A DNA stretch of 57,414 nucleotides, counting the filler, from Bipalium vagum (Eukaryota): assembly GCA_037834085.1 (NCBI GenBank). It is 3 parts of 3 records of this genome, joined end to end, with 100 filler letters (N's around TTAATTAATTAA, not from the genome) between each part and the next. Parts side by side here need not be neighbours in the genome. Positions count along the whole stretch, not along the records: positions 39,595 to 57,414 come from JBBMKC010049417.1; 2 more parts are not named here. The stretch is one strand, 5' to 3'. Within the stretch, counting starts at the first letter, position 1; each line of letters opens with the position of its first letter. Below, in pieces: positions 48,207-57,414 of this stretch. The notes below the pieces were generated by a model. The model was given only the letters and a program-made list of their open reading frames with translations, did no database searches and was not told the origin of the DNA. A program made the position numbers and the translations under genes.

Positions 48207-49599
48207 TAGTAAAAAAATAATGATTAAATAATTAATTCACATTTGGAACGTGAGAAAGTTGAATAAACTTTTACATTTTCATTATTTTTTAATATTTGAC
48301 TTTAAATTGTATCCAAACCAAATTGTTATGGTGTATTGCTAAATATTTAATCTCTTTAGACATGAAGTCCATACAATGGAGATGTTGTCTCTAATTTCAT
48401 TTCTGATGACTGAATTTCTAGGCTACAGAAGTCGTTATTTCCATAGTGTTTCAGTCAAATAATTTTGGAAATAAATAATTTAACCTCTTTAACTGAGAGA
48501 AATATTTTCATTAAAATTTGATAATTTATTTATTAAAAAGAATTTTAAATTAAATAATTAAAACGAACGAATCCTTTTAATTCTCATTGACATTCAAAAT
48601 TAAAACAAAATAAATTCAATGAAAGCATTGATATTTTATCATTAAGATGGATTTTTGTGTTGAATTGATTAAAATTAAATTGCATTTCTGTGCAATTAAA
48701 CAAATACTTTTTTACTGACAAATAATCTGAAAGAAATGGGGAAATTATTATATCGTGCTCAATAACGAATGTTCGATTTTTAAAGCAATTAAAATATTAA
48801 AATGTATAATAAACTTATATGATTGAGAAACATGAAATAATTTGATATTGTGATTAAAGATATTAATAAAAATTCATCATTTTATATTGATGTTTTTATT
48901 CCTACAGTGTGAAAAATCTTTACCTACTATTTGATCCTTTGAATTGTTTTTGATAACAGTTATTCAATATAATGAAAACATTGCAAATTTATCGAAAAGA
49001 CTAAAAATTTCTTTGTTTTTTGAAAAATACCGAACCGATTTTTTTTCGAGTATCATTTAGCATAAGAGTAAAAAGGTTCTTTTCATTTATTTTTTTAATT
49101 TTTCAGCAAAAGCGAGTTATTAATAATCAATATTATTAGTAATCAATAAATAATTGTATTAAATAATAATTTTCTATATCAACTTTTAATTTCAAGAAGA
49201 ACAAGCCATAACAGAGTTTGATTTGTTTATGGGAAAAGAATAATAATCACCTACAAAATCATGTTGGAAATCTTTAGGCTGTCACTTACACATATATATA
49301 TCTAAAGTTCATAATACTTTTGTTAACGTACAGAATTAAAACTGACTTAGAAGAGGTTTTTTTCAAAAACAATATTGTTAACTTTTTAAATATTTAAATA
49401 AATAAATATATATATATATATATATATAAAATATTTTGATAAAATTAAACATCTTTTTTTTTTCAATACTATCTTAGCAATCTTAATATTATTAATTAGT
49501 GTAATATATTAAGTATATGCATTGAAAATGAGGTCTTTTTAAAATAGCTGTAACAAAGAAAATGTATTCATTTGTTTAAACTATTTGAATATATTTTGT

Positions 49600-50572
49600 T
49601 TTCGCATTTTTCAAAATTAATCTATAAAATCTAATGGAAAGAGTGGAAGATAAAGAGTGTCAAAGACAAACGAAAGTGTTTGAAGATTAAGACATAAAAG
49701 CTTTGGTGGCTGAAAATCTGTGCCAAACTCAAATTAATCTTTCTAAATCATTAAATGCTTCTCATCGTCAATTGACCGACGTCTAAAAGCAATGAGAAAA
49801 GTATAAAAAGTAGAAAGATGGGTACTACATGAGCTGAAGGTGAAAGACATGGAAAAAAGTAAAATCACAAATGAAAGTTTGCTTGTACGACATAACTGGA
49901 AACGTTTCTTGCACAGAATTATTACGGGTGTCGAAAAGCGAATTTCTTTCAAAAACCATAAACACAGACAAACAAATTGAGATCCCAGACAGCCCTCCAT
50001 AGCAACACCCAAGAGGGACATCCATGGAAAAAAGGCTCTCTGAAGCATTTGGATGAACCAAAAGAGTGTGATCCATCATGAGTTGATAAAGCAAGGTGAA
50101 ACGGATAGAGTTGTGTAGTACCGAGAACAATTAATATACCTGAACCAGGCATTGTTCGAAAAAAAAGCAGAATATGATAAATTAATAAATTAATTTTGCT
50201 GCATGACATCGCTCGGTCACACGTCAACAAACCATTCCAGGAAACGTTAGAGTTGCTTCGATTGGGGCTTATTCACCAGACTGTGTCTCTTCTGACCACT
50301 TTTAGTTTTGGTCGATGACACACTCACTTTCCGAGAAGCACTTCCAATCCTTCGAAGAAGCTGAAAAATAGATCACAGATCTGACAGTCACCAAAGATGT
50401 CGATTTCCTTTATCTAAGAATTCATCAGCTTTCTGAAAAATGGAAAGTTATTATTAACCATGGAAAAATATTTTGAATAATAAATTAGTTTTATGTTTGC
50501 TTAATATTTATATTATTTTTTAAATAAAGAAAAAATATTGTAAAAAAGGCTCACTTTCAATGCACAAACATA
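49600..50572 (+). mobile_element. Decayed mariner element
   Basis: KVERWVLHEL, FLHRIITG, LLHDIARSH and YSPDCVSSDH fragments on the plus strand. The ORFs listed on the minus strand are antisense shadows. Confidence 0.75.
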
Positions 50573-51139
50573 ATATATAAAAATATTGGTGAAAAATATG
50601 GTTTCTATGACAAGACATGATTTGTTATAATTATAAAGAACAAAGAGAATCTTTGATTCTTAATTGAAAGAGATTTAGATAGATTATTAGATTATTAATG
50701 AAATGAAATAATATTTTAATAGTCTTCAAGTACAATCAATGAGAAAAATGAAAATGATTTTAATTGTTTTATGAAAACTTGAGAAAATCAAATTAATTTT
50801 TCTGTCAAATAACTTGTGAAGTCATTTTATTTCTTTGTTATATTATAAATTTATATTATAACTTAATGAAGCTATCCCTATCACTGTAAAAATTATTTGA
50901 TCTTGAAACAGAAATTAAGATCACAACCAGTTTTCTAATAAAAATAAAAACTTATTGTATAGGTTTCATTGATTGACATAAAAATTCTATTTTAATTTTT
51001 GAGTTCAGATAAACAATTTATTGTTTAAACAATATTATTTATTAATCAATATTTTTACTTATAATAATCTTATATCATTTCTCTACGAATATATTCTAAT
51101 TTCTCTTCTAATATATTCTTAAATTAGTTTTGATTTTGA

Positions 51140-53060
51140 AATCCTCAAAACCCCCTCTTCATCTTTTTGATGTTTCTGGTGATTTTCTTACCATTCAAAT
51201 CTGTCATCTCTAGTATCTGTCGTGGATCTTCTTCCCTCGTATTGACCTTGATCTTTGGTTCGACTTCCTTTTCTAACATGATGCTTTCTCCGATCGTAAA
51301 CTCCCTTCTAGTTTTCTGGCTACTCAACTCTTTTGATTCTTTTGTGATTTTCAGAATGGCTTCTTTTTTAGATATTTGATTCCCATTGAACCATCTTTCT
51401 CGATTTATTTTCCGACCTAAAATTATTCCGCTGGACTCATTCAAATTGCTTTTTGTACCCATGCATTTAAACTATATTCAATTTCTGGTAAAATTTCAGC
51501 TCAATCGGTGTTCTTTCTATCCTTTAAGATTGCATTTATATACTCTCTTATGGTTCAAAATTGTCGTTCAACGATTCCATTTGTATTGTGATGATATGGG
51601 CTAGAGAATAGCAAGTCTGCTCCTATATCCCCTGCCAAAAATTTAAATTCTTGGGACTCAAAAAATTTTTCAAAATCTGTGTACCAGACTTTAAGATCAA
51701 ATTTTTTGGAATAACTTGACGACGGTATTATGGTCCTGTCTTGCAACGGCTGAAAGTACTACGTATTTACTAAAATGATCAATGATTGCCACAATGTATT
51801 TCTTTTTATGGAATGTTTCTTTTAATGGTCTTCTTTTATCTACGTATGCCTTCTCTTCATAGGTTCTTCCTTCATATTTGTTGTAACCGTCTCGACTCGT
51901 TGACATGTCTCGCACTGTCTTGTGATTTCTGCTACCGCACTGCCTAATCCTACCATGTCAAAATCTTGCGAAATGTATTTATTCACTTTCTCTGTTCCCA
52001 CAGCACTTTGTGCGTATGCATGATGAATTCTTGTTTCTTTTCGTGCGGAATTCATATTTTATTGTTCTTCGTAATTATCAATATTAATTACCAATATGAA
52101 GTCTTTTTCTTTATTCTTAATATATTTTTAAATTTACGAATTTCGATATTATCCTTTTGCCACTGTTCTCCTCTATCTTCACTCAGTATATTTAAAATTA
52201 TCGTTATCATCTTTCCAGATTTAGAATCTGTGTGTGACATAAGGCACTGTGCACAGGTATCACGGGATATTCTCGACAACATGTCAGCGTTAGAATGTTC
52301 TGAGCCTTTTCGATATTCAAATTTATATCTAAACTACTCAAGTAGTTTATCCATATCTGGAACTGTGTTGTAATTGGCTTCTTTGTTGTCAGCATAAATG
52401 TTAAAATAGCTTTGTGATCTCTTCTAAGAGTGAATCTTTTTCCATAAATAGTAATTTAAGTGATTGCAGAAGTAATAAATTTCAAGTAGTTCCTTCCTTG
52501 TTATGTAATATTCCTTCTAGTGAGAATATATAGAATGAGATCCATAGGCTATTACTCTTTCCCTTCTGTTTTCGTCTTTTTGCTCTAACACGGCTCCAAT
52601 AGTATCAAAACTGGTATCTGTATCCAAAATGAATTCCTTGGTGAAATCGGGAAAAGTGTAAGTGCTTCTTTCATCTCTACAAATGCCTTTTCACAATTAT
52701 CTGACCAGATCAACTTCCCAGTTGTTTTCCCACACATTGTTTCTAGTGCCCTTGCTTTCTGTGAGTATCCTTTTATGAGTCTTCTGTAATGGTTACAGAT
52801 TCCTAAAAAGCATTACACATTTTAACCTTTCAAACGATTTAATTGCTTCCATCTTCATAGGGTCCGCTCTATCTCCGTCTTTGCTGATAATGTGGCCCAA
52901 AAATTTAATATAACTTCTCAAAAGACGACACTTTTCTGGATTTATGCGAAGACCCGCTTTCTCAATGCTTCCAATTATGTAATTCAAAAATTTAAAATGA
53001 TTTTCAATGTTATCGGTGAACACCAGTATGTCATCCAGATATACACAATTCCGTTGAGTA
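51140..53060 (-). mobile_element. Gypsy/Ty3 LTR retrotransposon pol remnant (RT-RNaseH-integrase) ending in a polypurine tract
   Basis: CVYLDDILVF (RT), PDFTKEFILDTDTSFDTIGAVLEQ (RNase H), KYIVAIIDHFSKYV and SSPYHHNTNGIVERQF (integrase), in RT-RH-IN order. PPT-like AAAAAGATGAAGAGGGGG at about 51150-51168. Confidence 0.9.
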
Positions 53061-54329
53061 CCTTGAGTTCTTGAAAAGTTTACAATGCTTGTCCCAAAAT
53101 CATGTTGATCAATTATTTATTACGATAAAATTTATGCAAAATAACTGAAACGTCATTTCTTAAATCTTACTCTAACTTATTTTAATATTAAAATAACATT
53201 TTCAATATAATCAATATAAACAGACAAAAATATAAATAATTTTTTTTAGTAGGATATAATGAAATTCATTTAGAAAAAAATGAATTAAATTGTAAAAATG
53301 GAAAGTCTTGTCATTCTAAATCTGATTAGTTTCAAATTAGATTTCACTTTTTATAAAAGTATCTTATATTCTTTAAATATGAGAATAATGATTGTCTGGT
53401 ATCCTAAGTCCTTAATGCCATTTCTGCTTCTCCAATATTAATTAATTAAAATTAGTCTTGACTTGAATCAGTGAAATCCATGTGTCACTAGTGTCAAAAC
53501 TGAATGGAATAAGATAAATATTTGTTTGAGTTTTTGTTTTTCAAAAGACTTTTGTCTGAATTTTCGTCCATTACGTTATGAAAATTGTGAGAAAATTATA
53601 ATTATTTTTTTCAAAAATTATTAATTATTTCGAATATATTATCCTATTACTTATATAGATTTAGAAAAATACAAAAAATGAAGATTAATAAGAAAAATAT
53701 TTTCATTTTTATAGACTTTAAAATTATTTTATTTATCAATTTTGAGGACATCTATAAAATTATTTCTTCGAACAATAGAATCTAATTAAAAAATTTTGAT
53801 TTTCCATTTGCTTCAATATATTTTATAAAATAAAGAAATAAAAAATTTTATATTATTAAATAACAAATGATCATATTGGGTTTGGTAAAAATTCTTCGTA
53901 TTTTAAAGAAAAATTCAAAGTCGATTTTGTATTATTATAAAAAATGTTATTCAACATTATATGCACCATTTGAATCAACGAATTTTCGCCATATTTTCGG
54001 TAATTTGAAAATCAAATCCTTCCAGAATTTCTCTGGTTTTAGATTGATAAACCCATATAGGTGCTTTTGGCAATCCTCTAAAGAACTGAAATTCTTTCCA
54101 TAAATAGAATTCTATGATCGGAATAAATAAAAATCTTATGGTGTCACTTTAAACCTAACTTCTATGATATTGGTAAGCTACTGTAGAATTAAACAAGATA
54201 AAAACACAAAAACTTTATTTAAACAGAACAATTACTCAAAATCAAAACAAATTAATAATCAAAAAAATGATCAATAATCACTTCCAGTACAATTAGTCAA
54301 TAGTTGTTAATCGAATGAATGAAAAAATA

Positions 54330-54800
54330 GAATAATTAATTTTAAAATTTACAATGAGCGCCAGACATGAAATTAGAGAGGTATTATTATTGGATAATTA
54401 GAAGCTGGTTTGTCGCTGATTTGGGTAGTACAACGAGTTGGGCGATCCAGATGTACCGTCTTTTTGGAAGAAATGGAAGGAGACACATGTAATAGAGATG
54501 ATCACATGTTGGTCAGAACGGTAAGGAACAATCGTTTTGCCTCATACAGATTGTTAGGTGGTTATTATAAATTAAATAAGAGAAAAATCAAACAAAAATT
54601 ATGTAGCAGAAAAGTTTCCATTTCTATTATCTGCAGAAAAATGTATAATTTGGCTTCCAATCTATACAACCATGGTTGAGAATTCCTCTGCCGAAGAATC
54701 AATCAAGTTGTCAATTCGATATGGTTCCCTTGAATTATCCAAGACTCTAAGCAGTTATTACATTATCATTTGAGAGCCAGAGTTTCACTTATTTAAACCT
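54330..54800 (+). mobile_element. Decayed Tc1-like remnant
   Basis: EIRGIIIG*LEAGLS...VGRSRCTV...RDDHMLVRTVRNNRF resembles the Tc1 HTH region. Boundaries approximate. Confidence 0.5.
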
Positions 54801-57414
54801 TAATTGACCTCATCCAAATCGCTTTTTACTAGGTTAACAAGATTATATATTTTGTAAAAGAGCAATTTCTGTTAGGAATTCCATTCTTATTGTAACAAGG
54901 TGTCGTAAGTATTTAACAAGGTATGCACAGACGCACAATTTGAATAGAGAAACTTGATAGACACAAGGTAGCCTAATACGTATTTAGGAATTTGCTTAAT
55001 CGATAAATTGGAAGACTAAATTCAATAAAGTGTTCATTTCGTTCGCCTCTAAAATTTTTCTAGGTATACATTGCACACAGAGTCAAATCTTCTACGATAA
55101 CTGAGCCTAAGAACAGAAATATTCATCTTCATAATAAGCTAAATATTGGAATTAGTTAGCAAGCATGAAGTGTCAAAATTAAAACATTTTCTAACTGAAA
55201 AGGGGCTTCAGGTTGAATAATTAAATATTGTAATTTTCTTTAAAATAAATGTTATCCCAAAGAGTATTACATATTTTGTTGTTTGTTAACATATTTAAAA
55301 TGAAATTTTTTGCAAACATAATAAACACCATATGCATACACATATATCAATGTTAAAGGGTACACAGAGTGTATATTGGTTATACGTAATATTATTTGAC
55401 ATATATTTTATTTGTGGAATTTACAGAAATTAGAGCTAAAGAAATCGTAGACTAATTAAGCAATCAATGATATATCAAAAACAATTAGGATCGTTTTTCT
55501 TAGAGAAATGAAGATATTCGTCATTAAAAACGATCAGTTTTCAAAAAAATTTATTTTTGATAAATTGAGAACATAAATGAATAAAACCTCAACTTGAAGT
55601 ATTGAGAGAAAAAATTGGCAAAACAAAATAGGTATTCCAGTAAAGATTGGCATTGTAATTGTCTTATAATTTATAATAAAATTTTTGAAGTACAGAATTA
55701 AGTGTCTTATTGCAAAGTCCTACAAAATTAAATTATTCAACAAATTTATCTTAAGCAGGGATTCAAATACCACTTAATTTTGATAATAAATTAGAAATTT
55801 TTTCTAATTAATTTTTTAATTCTTATAATTTTGCAGAAAAAACTTTAAAATTTTCTTATTTAATAAAAAATGATAATTAAAAAATTTTAATATTAAAAAA
55901 TAATAAAAATCAAAACTTTTTTCAATTAATCAATTTTTTTCCTATTTTAACTGTGTTGAGTTACAAATATTGCTATTAAAAAATATTTAAAAACAATATT
56001 TTTTATTTTTATTTAGAAAATTAGAAATCATTATTAATTATTGAGTATGTCAATACTAATTTGATTAGTTAAGATCGATAAATACATATTAACTGATCAA
56101 ATCAAATTTAGTTGTACATAAAAAAAATGAAAATTATTATTTATCTAAATATGTAATTTTATTATTTTATTTATTTATTTTTCTTTTTATTATTTATATT
56201 TTAATAATTTTAATAATAATTATCATTTTAATATTTCGATAAATAATCTTAGACAAATTAATTAATATCCTGTAATAAAGAAAATAAAACATATTAATTA
56301 ACCAGACAACCATTTAATTTAAGAAAATTTATTATTTTTCATTTTTTTCCATCGAAGAAAATTTTTTTTGACAACGCCTGTAAGAAAAATAAAATTTTGA
56401 CTTGATTAACAAAAAAATAATATTTTTATCACTTCTTAAACAATGAAAATTTCTTAATTCGAAGAAAATTATAATTGTAATTAATTTCCCCGAGTCTGCA
56501 AGAAAACAGCAAATAAAATGATCAAAATGCATTCATTTTGATCCGACTTGCTGTGCTTACCAAAATAGGGAGATATTTTAAAATTCTTTTTTATGATTGA
56601 ATTTTTATACCTAACCGGACTACCTGATTGTTAAGATAGCATATAATGTTGAATGTAAATTATTAGTTTTTTTCAAAAATAAAATTACTTTTTTATTAAA
56701 ATTCAGATATCTTAGACATCTTATGCTCGTGGTCGCTTTATGTAGACTCAAATCAAAAAACCTTTTGTTATCCTTAACGAAAGACTGTACATAAAATGCT
56801 ATTTGTTATTTTATTTTTATTTTTTGTGTGTAAGAAAGAACCTTAACAGATGTAAAATATATATACTTTTTCTTCTTAGTGTAAAGTATAAGGTATAATA
56901 TAATTCAAATAAATTTATGTATTAACTCCGCGGCACATAAATAGTTCTTTTTTGTAACCAATGGGAATCTTTAGGTCACTTTGATATCATTGATTGTTAT
57001 TCAATTTCCTTTAAGAAAATAAGCCATTAATTCAAACATTTGATGATCTGAAGGTTAAGGCTTTTTACTGGAATAGTCTGACTATCACTATTATATTTCA
57101 ATTCCCCGAATATCTCATTTTTACTAAAAGGTACCTGCAAATATTATTAATTTATTAATAAATTATAAGCTTATTTATAATTACTTTTATCAATTACTTT
57201 TCAAATATTAAATGCAGTGCTCCAACTAATTATTGCCGCACTAAGAAAATGCATGTTTTTTTTGTATGTAGAAGCTATCAAAGTTATTAATATTTATATA
57301 TAAGTAATATAACAATATATCCATCTTTTTAATTTATAAATACATATACTCCAATAATTATCCGTACGATGATATGTAAATATTTTCAAGATAATTTTTG
57401 TATGGAAAATCAAC

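Noticed and set aside
49743-50230. Three overlapping minus-strand ORFs
   Set aside because: Antisense shadows of the plus-strand mariner remnant.
56330-57140. Splice-like signals suggesting small minus-strand exons at the window end
   Set aside because: Candidate exons hit stops in all joins tried and have no recognisable homology.
1-57414. CRISPR array, prokaryotic operon/defence system, or alternative genetic code
   Set aside because: No spaced direct-repeat array is present and the genes are spliceosomal. Intact genes read cleanly in the standard code, and in-frame stops are seen in decayed remnants rather than in the modelled genes.

Overview
Very AT-rich eukaryotic (invertebrate-like; flatworm is a guess) genomic DNA with GT-AG introns as short as 40-50 nt. 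Two identical 100-bp artificial linkers (N44-TTAATTAATTAA-N44) at 16863-16962 and 39495-39594 split it into three contigs that may not be true neighbours. Contig 1 carries three minus-strand genes: a complete 6-exon ANKRD53-like ankyrin gene, a complete 2-exon DNA topoisomerase IB gene, and the 3' half of an ornithine decarboxylase/antizyme-inhibitor-like gene with substituted active-site residues. Contig 2 carries the 3' part of a divergent SLC4 (band 3-like) anion transporter and a 2-exon secreted PAN/Apple-domain orphan gene. Contig 3 is almost all transposon debris. It begins, however, with the most striking element: a ~114-bp TG...CA LTR built around a tRNA-Ala-derived Pol III promoter, followed directly by an 18-nt tRNA-Arg-type primer-binding site. 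This is the layout of a tRNA-bearing miniature LTR retrotransposon (Helenus/Cassandra-like TRIM), cut off by the gap. Introns and spacers are filled with decayed mariner, Tc1 (DD34E), DD41D, pogo/Tigger, Gypsy, LINE and Penelope remnants. All family assignments come from motif recognition by eye; no database searches were run.
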